Shown here: positions 19,909-29,590 of the stretch, piece after piece
Layout: every line of letters begins with the position of its first letter
Numbering within the stretch: the first letter of the stretch is position 1
Assembly (NCBI GenBank): GCA_963839285.1
Contig: CAWIUN010000009.1
Coordinates: 13,016-77,015, forward strand
DNA: 64,000 nt
Direction of reading: 5' to 3'
Origin: an uncultured Actinomycetes bacterium
GTDB taxonomy: Bacteria; Actinomycetota; Thermoleophilia; Gaiellales; Gaiellaceae
Notes under the pieces: generated by a model
Told to the model about the DNA's origin: nothing
The model's input: the letters and a program-made list of their open reading frames with translations, nothing else
Databases searched by the model: none
Translations under genes and position numbers: made by a program

Positions 19909-20868
19909 CTAGTGGGGCGCCTGCACCGGGTAGAACCAGCCCTCGGGGCCGTCGACGTGCTGGCCGGGCCCGGTCAGCTCGTAGGCGGTGATCTTCGCGT
20001 TGGCGCCGTTGCCGCTGACCTTGCCGACGCTGTAGTTCTCGAGCAGGACGAGGCGCTGGTTCTTGACCGCGAACGTCCAGCGGTCGAGGCCGCGCACCGG
20101 CGGGCCGGCGGTGCGGTTGCCCTCGGTGTCGTAGGCGCCGCCGTGGCAGGGGCAGATGAAGCCGCCGGCCGGGGTCGTCGGGATCAGCGTCACCTCGTTC
20201 TCCTTGGTCTTCACCGTCTTCGACTGGTCGTCGAGGATCGGGCCGCCGGGCTGCACCGGACAGCCGAGGTGCGCGCAGCGGTTCGAGATCACGGTGAAGC
20301 TCGGGACGCCCTTCAGGAGCCCGTTGTTGCGGACGTAGGCCGTCCGCCGCGAGACCTCGCCCTTCGACGGGTCCTCCATGAAGGTCGCGACCATGAACTG
20401 GCCCTCGGGGAAGTTCGAGACCGGGCCGAGGTCGATCTCCGGATGGCCCTGGTGCAGGAACGGCGGCAGCACCGCGAAGCCGACGACCGGCACGGTGACG
20501 ATGGCGCCGATGACGCCGCCGAGGCCGAGCGTCGCGCCCTCGAGGAACGTCGAGCGCGGGAACCGCTCGGCGCCCCCGTAGTGCGGCATCGCGGGGCCGG
20601 CCTCCTGCGCGGGCAGGGCCGGGCCGGTCGGGCGCTCGGGCGCCCCTTCCTCCTCGACGGGGGTCGCCTCGACCGCCGCGTCGCGGCCGGTCGCGAGCTC
20701 GCGCACCCAGAGGAAGCCGAAGGCGACCGCGATCGCCGCGCCGATCCCGGCGACGATCCAGGAGATGACCAGGCCGACGAGCAGCGTGGCGACGCCGACG
20801 GCGAAGCCGACGGGCCAGAGGCTGGGACCGGGCAGGTCGTGCCGGTCGTGCTGGGGCGTGGGCTCCAC
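19909..20868 (-). CDS. qcrA: Rieske [2Fe-2S] subunit QcrA with an extended 3-TM N-terminal region
   Basis: CAHLGC and CPCHGG cluster boxes. GTG 20868 was chosen because the ATG at 20967 would overlap the UbiD gene by about 60 nt; the start remains uncertain. Confidence 0.85.
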   Translation of the reverse strand: MEPTPQHDRHDLPGPSLWPVGFAVGVATLLVGLVISWIVAGIGAAIAVAFGFLWVRELATGRDAAVEATPVEEEGAPERPTGPALPAQEAGPAMPHYGGAERFPRSTFLEGATLGLGGVIGAIVTVPVVGFAVLPPFLHQGHPEIDLGPVSNFPEGQFMVATFMEDPSKGEVSRRTAYVRNNGLLKGVPSFTVISNRCAHLGCPVQPGGPILDDQSKTVKTKENEVTLIPTTPAGGFICPCHGGAYDTEGNRTAGPPVRGLDRWTFAVKNQRLVLLENYSVGKVSGNGANAKITAYELTGPGQHVDGPEGWFYPVQAPH

Positions 20869-20905
20869 TAGGCGGTGGGATTCAAGCTGGCGGTGGTGGT
20901 GAGCG

Positions 20906-22414
20906 TCAACGTCGCAACAGATGACGCAACGGGGACGAACTATGACGCACGCTGCCGTCGGACGCACGGAGAACCGAGTCGAGCCCGTACTCGGACCAGC
21001 GACGGTCGACGAGCTCCCGGATCTCGTCGCTCATCCGGATCTCCTCCGGCCACGGCCGGGCACCCTCCGCGGGGCCCTTGGCGGTCGCGTCGACGCCGAT
21101 CTTGCCGCCGACGAACTGGAGCGTCGGCGCGTGGTCGAGCTGGTCGAGCGGGCCCTCGGTGATGACGACGTCGCGCTTCGGATCGACGTTGGCGCCGACG
21201 TAGAAGAGCACCTGGGCGTAGTCGTGCACGTCGACGTGCTCGTCGACGACGACGACCGCCTTCGTCAGGCTCAGCATCCCGAGGCCCCAGATCGCGTGCA
21301 TGACCTTGCGGGCATGGCCGGGGAAGGCCTTGCGGATCGAGACGATCGCGCAGTTGTGGAAGGCGCCGGCGACAGGCAGGTCGTAGTCGACGATCTCCGG
21401 CACGGTCATCCGCACGGCGGGCAGGAAGATCCGCTCGGTCGCCTTGCCGAGCCAGGCGTCCTCCTGCGGCGGCTTGCCGACGACGATCGACGGGTAGATC
21501 GCGTCGCGCCGCATCGTCATCGCGGTCACGTGGAAGACCGGGAACGGCTCCGGCGGCGTGTAGAAGCCGGTGTGGTCGCCGAAGGGGCCCTCCTCGCCGA
21601 GCTCGTCGGTCTCGACGTAGCCCTCGAGCACGATCTCGGCGTCCGCGGGCACCTCCACGTCGACCGTCTTGCCCTTGACGACGCCGACCGGCGCGCCCCT
21701 GAGGAAGCCGGCGAGCATCAGCTCGTCGAGGTGCTTGGGCAGCGGCGCCGAGGCCGCGTAGGCGGTGATCGGGTCGAGCCCGAGCGCGACCGCGACCTCG
21801 ATCCGGCCGTCGGTCGCGAGCCAGTCGGCGCGCCCGTCCTTGTGGATCTGCCAGTGCATGAAGGTGGTGCGGCGGTCGATCTTCTGCATCCGGTACATGC
21901 CGACGTTGCGCCCGCCCGTGCGCGGGTCGTGGGTGAGGACGGCCGGGAGGGTGATGAACGGCGCCGGGTCGCCGGGCCAGCAGTGCTGGATCGGCAGCAG
22001 GTCGAGGTCGACGTCGTCGCCGGTCAGGACGACCTCCTGGCAGGGCCCGCCGCGCACCTGCTTCGCGCGCGAGTCGGCGATCGACTTCAGCGTCCGCAGG
22101 CCGCGCACCTTGTCGGCGAGGCCCTGCGGCGGCTGCAGCTCCAGCACGCCCGAGAGCCGCTCGGCGACGTCGTCGAGCCGTTCGACCCCGAAGGCCATGC
22201 ACATCCGCCGCTCGGTGCCGAACTGGTTGATCAGCAGCGGGTGGCGGGCGCCGGCGACGCGCTCGAAGAGGAGCGCCGGGCCGCCGGCCTTGACCGTGCG
22301 GTCGACGATCTCGGTGATCTCGAGACGCGCGTCGACCTCGGCCTGCACGCGGACGAGCTCGCCCTCGCGCTCCAGCAGCGCGATCCAGTCGCGGAGGTCG
22401 GCGGGAGGAGCCAT
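20906..22414 (-). CDS. UbiD family (prenylated-FMN dependent) decarboxylase, menaquinone biosynthesis type
   Basis: 502 aa from ATG 22414 (GGGAGG upstream). LLINQFGTERRM...GRNVGMYRMQ...GPFGDHTGFY are UbiD hallmarks. No frameshift. Confidence 0.9.
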   Translation of the reverse strand: MAPPADLRDWIALLEREGELVRVQAEVDARLEITEIVDRTVKAGGPALLFERVAGARHPLLINQFGTERRMCMAFGVERLDDVAERLSGVLELQPPQGLADKVRGLRTLKSIADSRAKQVRGGPCQEVVLTGDDVDLDLLPIQHCWPGDPAPFITLPAVLTHDPRTGGRNVGMYRMQKIDRRTTFMHWQIHKDGRADWLATDGRIEVAVALGLDPITAYAASAPLPKHLDELMLAGFLRGAPVGVVKGKTVDVEVPADAEIVLEGYVETDELGEEGPFGDHTGFYTPPEPFPVFHVTAMTMRRDAIYPSIVVGKPPQEDAWLGKATERIFLPAVRMTVPEIVDYDLPVAGAFHNCAIVSIRKAFPGHARKVMHAIWGLGMLSLTKAVVVVDEHVDVHDYAQVLFYVGANVDPKRDVVITEGPLDQLDHAPTLQFVGGKIGVDATAKGPAEGARPWPEEIRMSDEIRELVDRRWSEYGLDSVLRASDGSVRHSSSPLRHLLRR

Positions 22415-22425
22415 CTCGCGCGAGT

Positions 22426-22629
22426 CTAGAGGCTCGCTGCGTGTCGGCCGCGGCCAGCTGCGCCGCAAGTCGGCCGGCTAGTAGCGCCGGCGGCGGCGGC
22501 GCGGCGGGCGCTGCGGCGGCCGCCGACGACGTGCGTGAGCTCGCCGAGCACGGCGACGCCGAGGAAGATCAGCCCGACGACCAGCATCACGAGGATGACG
22601 CTGACGCCTTCGGAGGTCGCGAGGAGCAC
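22426..22629 (-). CDS. Hypothetical small membrane protein
   Basis: 67-aa ORF with one clear TM helix (VSVILVMLVVGLIFLGVAVLG), followed by an Arg/Ala-rich tail. No recognisable family. Confidence 0.3.
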   Translation of the reverse strand: MLLATSEGVSVILVMLVVGLIFLGVAVLGELTHVVGGRRSARRAAAAGATSRPTCGAAGRGRHAASL

Positions 22630-22638
22630 GGCGGGAAT

Positions 22639-23175
22639 CTACCGGACGCGCCCGGCGTGCGCCGCGAGGGCGCGCTCGACCGCCTCGCCGCCCGCCGTCC
22701 CCCGCGCGAGCGCCTCGAGCGGCGCCGGGTCGGAGCAGGTCCGGAGGGCGCCGCGCGCCCCGCCGAGCGCGCCGGCGCCGAGCAGTGCCGCGGTCGCCGC
22801 CCAGACCGCTCCGTCGCCCTCGCGGTCCTCGGCGCGCAGCTGGCCGCAGAGCGAGATCAGCTCGGCGAGGTCGGAGACGGCGGCGACGGAGCCCTGCGCG
22901 GCGACCCGGACGAGCCCGTGCGCGTAGAGGTAGTCGCCGAGCAGGAGCGCCGTGTCGGGGTCGGGCGGCGCGAAGAGCCGCGGCCGGCCGAAGTGGACGA
23001 GGTAGGCCTCGTAGATCGTCTCGAGCCCGAGCGCGTACCGCTCCTCGCCGAGCGGCGAGAAGACGAGCGTGCGGTCGCGCTCGGCCCGCGGCCGCAGCGC
23101 CTGCGCCCAGAGCTCGCTCTCGGCGGCGGCCTCCTCGGCGAGCGTCTCCCAGACGTCAACGAGCGAGGAAGGCAC
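22639..23175 (-). CDS. Hypothetical protein (conserved-looking, alpha-helical), overlapping the hemL 3' end
   Basis: GTG 23175 is preceded by GAGGAGG. ...[23 protein letters not shown]...[17 protein letters not shown]... shows high GC3. I could assign no family. Confidence 0.45.
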   Translation of the reverse strand: MPSSLVDVWETLAEEAAAESELWAQALRPRAERDRTLVFSPLGEERYALGLETIYEAYLVHFGRPRLFAPPDPDTALLLGDYLYAHGLVRVAAQGSVAAVSDLAELISLCGQLRAEDREGDGAVWAATAALLGAGALGGARGALRTCSDPAPLEALARGTAGGEAVERALAAHAGRVR

Positions 23176-24424
23176 GGACCTCCTCGATCGTGCGGTCGAT
23201 CTCCCCGTCGCCGTGGGCGAGCGAGAGGAACAGGCACTCGAACTGGGACGGCGCCACGTAGATGCCGCGGCCGAGCAGGTGCCGGAAGAGCGCGCCGTAG
23301 CGCTCGGTGTCGCAGCGGGACGCGTCCTCGAAGTTCCGGACGGGCCCTCGCCGCAGAAGAGCGTCGCCATCGCGCCGACCCGCTGCACGGTCGTGCCCGG
23401 GAGGCCCGTGAGCCCCTGCTCGAGCCGGGCGCCCTTCCGCTCCAGCTCCTCGTAGACGGCCGGGTCCCGCAGGCGGCGCAGCACGGCGAGGCCGGCGGCG
23501 GTGGCGAGCGGGTTCCCCGAGAGCGTCCCCGCCTGGTAGACGGAGCCGACGGGCGCCAGCTCGCGCATCACCTCGGCGCGGCCGCCGAAGGCCGCGAGCG
23601 GGAGGCCGCCGCCGACGATCTTGCCGAGCACCGTCAGGTCGGGCAGGACGCCGTAGCGCTCCTGGGCGCCGCCGCGGGAGACGCGGAAGCCGCTGATCAC
23701 CTCGTCGAAGACGAGCAGCGCGCCGGAGGCGTCGCAGAGCTGCCGCAGCACCTCGAGGAAGCCGGGCGCGGGCGGGACGACGCCCATGTTGCCGGCGACC
23801 GGCTCGACGATCACGCAGGCGATCCCCTCGCCGTAGCGGACGAACGCCTCGGCGACGGCGTCGACGTCGTTGTAGGGGCAGACGATCGTGTCGTTCGCGA
23901 CCGCCGTCGGCACCCCCGGGCTGGAGGGGATGCCGAGCGTCGCCAGCCCGGAGCCGGCGGAGGCGAGCAGCGCGTCCCCGTGCCCGTGGTAGCAGCCGGC
24001 GAACTTGACGATCCGGTCGCGCCTGCGTGAACCCGCGCGCGAGCCGCAGCGCGCTCATCGCCGCCTCGGTGCCCGAGGAGACGAGCCGCACCTGCTCGAG
24101 CGACGGCACCGCGTCGACGAGCTCGGCGGCGAGCTCGACCTCGCGCTCGGTCGGGGCGCCGAAGCTCGTCCCGTCGACCGCGGCCGCGCGCACCGCCTCG
24201 ACCGTGCCCGGGTCGGCATGGCCGAAGACGAGCGGGCCCCAGGAGAGCACCCAGTCGAGGTAGCGCTCGCCGGTGACGGTCTCGAGGTAGGCGCCCTCGC
24301 CGCGGCGGACGAAGAACGGCTCCTCGAGCCCGACCGCGCGCATCGCCCGCACCGGCGAGTTGACCCCGCCCGGGATCAGCGACTCGGCGCGGCGGAAGAG
24401 CTCGGACTTCGTCTCCAGCGGCAT
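23156..24424 (-). CDS. hemL: Glutamate-1-semialdehyde 2,1-aminomutase HemL; compensating frameshifts near 24025 (+1) and 23343 (-1)
   Basis: [27 protein letters not shown]...[17 protein letters not shown] / [16 protein letters not shown]...[10 protein letters not shown]...[10 protein letters not shown] / VRNFEDA...[19 protein letters not shown]. The central third lies in a different frame. Confidence 0.9.
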   Translation of the reverse strand: MPLETKSELFRRAESLIPGGVNSPVRAMRAVGLEEPFFVRRGEGAYLETVTGERYLDWVLSWGPLVFGHADPGTVEAVRAAAVDGTSFGAPTEREVELAAELVDAVPSLEQVRLVSSGTEAAMSALRLARGFTQARPDRQVRRLLPRARGRAARLRRLRAGDARHPLQPGGADGGRERHDRLPLQRRRRRRRGVRPLRRGDRLRDRRAGRRQHGRRPARARLPRGAAAALRRLRRAARLRRGDQRLPRLPRRRPGALRRPARPDGARQDRRRRPPARGLRRPRRGDARAGARRLRLPGGDALGEPARHRRRPRRAAPPAGPGRLRGAGAEGRPARAGAHGPPGHDRAAGRRDGDALLRRGPVRNFEDASRCDTERYGALFRHLLGRGIYVAPSQFECLFLSLAHGDGEIDRTIEEVRAFLAR

Positions 24425-24432
24425 CGTCGGAA

Positions 24433-25377
24433 CTACAGCCGGCCCGCCAGCTCCCCGGCCCAGTAGGTGATGACGACGTCTGCGCCGGCGCGGCGGATCG
24501 AGGTCAGCGACTCGAGCGCCGCCTGCCGCTCGTCGAGCAGGCCGGCGCGGGCCGCCGCCTTGACCATCGCGTACTCGCCCGAGACGTTGTAGGCCGCGAG
24601 CGGCAGGTCGAACGCGTCCCGGACGGCGCGGATCACGTCGAGGTAGGGCAGCGCCGGCTTGACCATCAGCGCGTCCGCGCCCTCCTCGACGTCGAGCTCG
24701 CACTCGCGCAGCGCCTCGCGCACGTTCGCGGGATCCATCTGGTAGCCGCGCCGGTCGCCGAACTGCGGCGTCGAGTCGGCCGCCTCGCGGAAGGGCCCGT
24801 AGAAGGCGGAGGCGTACTTGGCCGAGTAGGCGAGGATCGGCGTCTGCGGCAGCGCCTCCCGGATCGCGCCGACGCGGCCGTCCATCATGTCGCTCGGCGC
24901 GACGACGTCGGCGCCCGCCTCGACGTGCGAGACGGCGGTGCGCGCGAGCAGGTCGAGCGTCTCGTCGTTCGCGACCTCGCCGTCCCGGATCACGCCGCAG
25001 TGGCCGTGGTCCGTGTACTCGCAGAGGCAGACGTCGGTGACGAGCAGCAGCTCGGGGAAGCGCCCGCGGAGCGCGCGGAGCGCCTGCTGGACGATCCCGT
25101 CCTCGACCCAGGCGCCGGAGCCCTCGTCGTCCTTCGACTCGGGGATCCCGAACAGGAGCACGGCGCCGACCCCGCTCGAGCCGAGCTCGTCCACCGCGCG
25201 GACGAGGTCGTCGACGGAGTGACGGCCGAGCGCGGGCAGGAGCTCGTTCGGCTCGCTGCGCGGCGCGACGAAGTACGGCATCACGAGCTCCGCGGGCGAG
25301 AGCCGGGTCTCGCGGGCGAGCGAGCGCAGCGCGCCGGTGCGGCGCAGCCGGCGCAGGCGGGTGGCGGGGAAGCTCAT
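24433..25377 (-). CDS. hemB: Porphobilinogen synthase (delta-aminolevulinate dehydratase) HemB
   Basis: 314 aa. [22 protein letters not shown] (metal site), [13 protein letters not shown] and [10 protein letters not shown] (Schiff-base lysine). Confidence 0.95.
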   Translation of the reverse strand: MSFPATRLRRLRRTGALRSLARETRLSPAELVMPYFVAPRSEPNELLPALGRHSVDDLVRAVDELGSSGVGAVLLFGIPESKDDEGSGAWVEDGIVQQALRALRGRFPELLLVTDVCLCEYTDHGHCGVIRDGEVANDETLDLLARTAVSHVEAGADVVAPSDMMDGRVGAIREALPQTPILAYSAKYASAFYGPFREAADSTPQFGDRRGYQMDPANVREALRECELDVEEGADALMVKPALPYLDVIRAVRDAFDLPLAAYNVSGEYAMVKAAARAGLLDERQAALESLTSIRRAGADVVITYWAGELAGRL

Positions 25378-26619
25378 GCGGTACAGGTTACGGCGCGGCG
25401 GTCGGCTTCAGCGGGGCGACCTCCGCGGGCTCCGGCTCGGGCTCGGTGCCGGCCCTCGGGAACGGCCTCGACGACGGCTGCCGGGGCGGCCTGCTCCTGC
25501 CAGGGCTCGAGCGTGAACCGCTCGCCGAGGAACTCCCAGGTGGCGCGGCCCGCCGCGAGCAGCGGCAGCGCGAGCAGCGCCCCGACGAGCCCGTAGATCT
25601 CGCCGCCGGCGAGCAGGCCGAAGATGACGAGCAGCGGGTTGAGGCGCAGGGCGCTCCCCATCACGTTCGGCGCGACCACGTGTCCCTCGAGCTGGTGGAC
25701 GCCGAGGAAGAGCAGCGCCACCCAGAGGACCGACGACCGGGTGCACGAAGAGCGCGTAGACGAGCGGCGGCACGGCGCCGATCCAGGGGCCGACGTACGG
25801 GATCACCTCGGTCAGCGCCACCCAGGCGCCGAAGAGGAGCGCGTAGCGGTCGCCGCCCGGGAGCAGGCCGGTGACGCCGAAGATCCAGAGGCCGAGGCCG
25901 GCGCTGCCGCCGATGATCAGCGAGAGGAGCGCCTGCCCCCTGACGTAGCCGGCGAGCGCGCCCTCGATCCGCGGCACGAGCGCGCCCGAGCCGGGGCGGG
26001 GCGGGAAGCGCCGGTCGATCCGCGCCTGCAGGCGCGGCAGGTCGAGCAGCATGTAGATCGAGACGACGAGCAGCAGGACGAGCTCGAACAGCACCTTCCC
26101 GATCGAGACCGCCGCGCCCTCGACGAAGTCGACGACCCTGGTCGTGTAGCGGCCGACGTCCTTCTCGCGGATCTGCTTGACGGCGCGGTGGCCGCGCTCC
26201 TGCACCTTCACCTGGCGCAGATGGTGGGTGTCGAGCCAGACCTGGAAGCGGTCGACGTCGTGGTCGGCGGCGCTGCGGGACCGTCCGGACGGCTCCGTAA
26301 AGTAGGCGTCGACCCTGTTCGCGGCGGTCTTCGTCTGGTCGACGGCGACCGTCCCGAGCGCACCGATGGTGAGACCGAGCGCCGCCAGGAAGCTCAGGTA
26401 CACGATCGCGACCGCGAGGCCGCGCGGGATCCGGACCCGCTGGAGCGCCCGCACGACCGGGTCGAGCAGCAGCGCCGCGAGGGCCGCGACGACGAAGACG
26501 AGGACGACGTGGTAGGCCGTCGTCGCCAGCACCCAGGCGAGCAGGAGCAGCAACGGCAGCCCCACGAGCTGGATCCAGCGCGGGATCTGGAGCTTCGGCG
26601 GCCCGCCGGCGTCAGCCAT
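25374..26619 (-). CDS. AI-2E family transporter (PerM/UPF0118); +1 frameshift near 25730
   Basis: Multi-TM protein. ...[25 protein letters not shown] joins [25 protein letters not shown] (ORF 25374..25721). ATGA overlap with the hemB start. Confidence 0.85.
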
Positions 26620-26814
26620 CGCGCTGATCGTAGCGCCGCCGTGCTCCCGTTCCGGCAGCCGTTCTGGGACTGGACCGAGGCGGTCGACGGAGCGCTCGCC
26701 CTCGACCGTCACGAGCTGTGGGAGGAAACCGCCTTCCGACCAAAGAATCGGGTGTCACAAAGTCCGGGGAGGCCGCGGTTGAATCCTGTTCGGTCCTCGG
26801 CTACGGTGCCCGGG

Positions 26815-27594
26815 ATGCCCGCGCCGAGATCCCGGCCGCGGACGCGTGCGCGCGTCCGCCCCCAGAAGCAGCGGTCGGTCCGTCGCGCGCGCCGCGTGGC
26901 GGTGCTCGTGCTGCTCGGTTCGGTGCTGACGGCGATCCTCCTGCTGACCGCGTTCGGCGGCGGCAACGCCTCGCTGGACACGGCGGCGCCCGCGCTCGCG
27001 ACGCGCCTGCTTCCGGCCGGGCCGCCGAAGCCGCAGGTCGTCGCGATCTACAACAACCTGCGCCTGCAGCTCCCGGTCGCGCAGTCGAGCATGACCGCGG
27101 TCGGCTACAGCGGCGGCAGCGTCGGGTCGCTCGAGCTGCAGCCGATCGGCACGCAGGCGAACCAGGGGATCTTCCAGCGCCTCGCGCACAAGCTCTTCGG
27201 CGGCGACTCCGGCACGCTGCGCTGGTACCAGCTCGCGGGCGGCGGCGGCGCCTCCTCGAGCGCGCTCGACGTCGGCGCGGCGCCGGGCACCGACGTCTAC
27301 GCCCCGGTCGACGGCACGATCGTCGGGCTCAACGACCTGATCCTCGACGGGCGGGCCTTCGGCCAGCAGATCGAGATCCAGCCGAGCGGCGCCCCCTCGA
27401 TCGTCGTCGTCGTCTCGCACGTGCGCGCGGACGCGCTCACCGTCGGCTCGGCCGTGGTCGCGGGCGCCTCGAAGCTCGGCAGCGTGCTCGACTTCTCCGG
27501 CGTCGAGCGCCAGGCGCTCGCGCGCTACACGCAGGACGAGGGGAACCACGTGCTGATCGAGGTCCACCCGGCCGCGACGCTCGCGGTTCCGTAG
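26815..27594 (+). CDS. Membrane-anchored M23/LytM-like domain protein
   Basis: Basic N-terminus plus a TM anchor (VAVLVLLGSVLTAILLL). C-terminal GTDVYAPVDGTIVGL...IEIQP...VVVVSHV resembles the M23 beta-barrel, but the catalytic His motifs are not obvious. Confidence 0.6.
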   Translation: MPAPRSRPRTRARVRPQKQRSVRRARRVAVLVLLGSVLTAILLLTAFGGGNASLDTAAPALATRLLPAGPPKPQVVAIYNNLRLQLPVAQSSMTAVGYSGGSVGSLELQPIGTQANQGIFQRLAHKLFGGDSGTLRWYQLAGGGGASSSALDVGAAPGTDVYAPVDGTIVGLNDLILDGRAFGQQIEIQPSGAPSIVVVVSHVRADALTVGSAVVAGASKLGSVLDFSGVERQALARYTQDEGNHVLIEVHPAATLAVP

Positions 27595-27598
27595 CGCC

Positions 27599-28375
27599 CT
27601 GCGGATCCTCTTCGTCGGAGACGTCTTCGGGCCTGCCGGGCGGCGGGTCGTCGAGGAGCGCCTGCCGGGCCTGCGCGAGGAGCTCGGGATCGACTTCTGC
27701 ATCGTCAACGGCGAGAACGCGGCGGACGGGCGCGGGCTGACGGCGCGGCTGGCCGAGCGGCTGCTCGCCGCGGGCGCCGACGTGATCACGCTCGGGAACT
27801 GGACCTGGGGACAGCGCGACTTCGGCGGCTACCTGGCGCAGGCGGAGCGCGTGATCCGGCCGGCGAACATGTCCTCGGAGGCGCCCGGCCGCGGGCTCTG
27901 CGTCGCGACGGCGGCCGACGGCACGCCGGTCGCCGTCGTCAACCTGCTCGGCGAGCTGACGCTGACGCCTGCCGCGCACCCGTTCGAGGTCGCCGAGGCG
28001 CTCGTCGCCGAGGCGCGGCGCGAGGCGCAGGTCGTCGTCGTCGACTTCCACGCCGAGGCGACGAGCGAGAAGATCGCGCTGGCGCAGATGCTCGACGGCA
28101 CCGTCACGGCGGTCCTCGGCACCCACACGCACGTGCAGACGAACGACGCCCGGGTCCTCCGCGGCGGCACGGCGGCGGTCACCGACGTCGGCATGACCGG
28201 CCCGCACGACTCCGTGATCGGCGTCCAGTCCGAGCTCGCGATCCGGCGCATGCGGACGCAGATGCCGGTCCGCTTCCACCCGGCCGAGGGCGGCGTCCGG
28301 CTCGAGGGCGCGCTCGTCGAGTGCGGCCCCGACGGCCGGGCGACGAGCTGCGAGCTCGTCCGCGTCGCCGAGTAG
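27599..28375 (+). CDS. ymdB: YmdB-like metallophosphoesterase (TIGR00282 family; 2',3'-cyclic-nucleotide phosphodiesterase); start codon unclear
   Basis: LRILFVGDVFGPAGRR...IVNGENAADGRG...VVVDFHAEATSEK...GTHTHVQTND...TDVGMTGP. Homology begins at a CTG at 27599. There is no ATG, GTG or TTG in frame back to the stop at 27554, so the start was lost to an indel or is non-canonical. Confidence 0.8.
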   Translation: MRILFVGDVFGPAGRRVVEERLPGLREELGIDFCIVNGENAADGRGLTARLAERLLAAGADVITLGNWTWGQRDFGGYLAQAERVIRPANMSSEAPGRGLCVATAADGTPVAVVNLLGELTLTPAAHPFEVAEALVAEARREAQVVVVDFHAEATSEKIALAQMLDGTVTAVLGTHTHVQTNDARVLRGGTAAVTDVGMTGPHDSVIGVQSELAIRRMRTQMPVRFHPAEGGVRLEGALVECGPDGRATSCELVRVAE

Positions 28376-28380
28376 CCCCT

Positions 28381-29590
28381 TCAGGCCGGCGGCCTGCGCG
28401 CGCGGACGCCCGGCGAGGCCAGCACCACGAGCAGGGTCACGAGCACGAGGTCGCGGGCGAGCACGAGCCACGAGGAGGTCGCGTCGAACTCGCGCACGAG
28501 GTCCCAGTAGCGGTACGGGAACCAGCCCTGCGTCAGGCCCATCGCGGCGTAGAGGAGCGCGACGGCCCAGACGCCGCGGCGGCCGCGCACGAGCACGACG
28601 AGCGGCACGAGCCAGATCAGGAACTGGGGCGAGGCGACCTTGCCGAGGGCGACGAAGGCGACGACGGCCGCGGCGGCGTAGCGGGCGAGCCGCGCCGGCT
28701 CGGCGGGGCCGCGGGCGAAGCGGAGCCAGAGGAGCACGAGCACCGCCGCCTGCAGCCCCGTCTGGATGCCGGCGAGCACGCTCGGGAGGGTGCCGACGAG
28801 GTTCTGCGAGCCGGCGCTCGAGCGCATCTCGATCGCGAGCCCGGAGACCTGGTGGGCGACGAGCAGGAAGCCGGCGCCGAGGCTCTCGATCTGCAGCGGC
28901 CGCGAGAGCTGGCGGTCGAGGCTGTGCCCGACCCCGGACGGCGAGAGCGCGACGAAGGGGAGCACGCAGGCCGCGAGGACGGCGAGGAAGACCCCGAGAC
29001 AGACCAGGGCCTCGCGCCGGCCGCGCCGCCGCCACGTCCACGCGAGCGCGAGCGGCAGCAGCACGCCCGGGGTAGATCTTCGCGGCGACGCCGAGCGCGA
29101 GCCCGGCGTGGCCGAGCCGGTCTCGCCCGGCGAGCAGGGCGGCGAGCGCCGCGGTCGCGAGCAGCGCCGGCCAGAGGTCGAAGCGGCTGAGGACGACCGA
29201 GCCGAGCGCGACCGGGAAGGCCGCCGCGGCCCAGAGCGCCGCCCGGAGCCGGCGGTCTCCGTCGCCGAGCGCCCGCGCGCCGACGGCGACGGCGACGAGC
29301 AGCGCCAGGCCGCAGATCGCCATCTCCCACTCGAAGACGGTGCGGAACCCGTCCTCGTCGTCGCTCAGGAGCGCCGGGACGACGAAGGGGACGAGCGCGA
29401 GCGGCGGGTACTCGGGCGTGAAGTCGCGGTAGGGGACGTCCCCGCGCGTGATCGCCTCGCCGTACTTCGCGTAGACGGGCGTGTCGACGATCTGCGCGTC
29501 GTCGAAGACGCCGACGTGCAGCAGCGCGAAGCAGCCGAGGAAGAGCGCGGCCGAGGTCGCGACGGCGAGCGCCGTCCGGGCGCTCTCAGC
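28381..29590 (-). CDS. GT-C membrane glycosyltransferase, DUF2029/GT87-like; +1 frameshift near 29066 and no in-frame start codon
   Basis: N-terminal ...VYAKYGEAITRGDVPYRDFTPEYPPLALVPF... followed by multiple TM helices. AAKIYPG joins VLLPLALAWTW in the 28381..29064 frame. The upstream frame stays open to the stop of the previous gene with no start codon. Confidence 0.65.
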
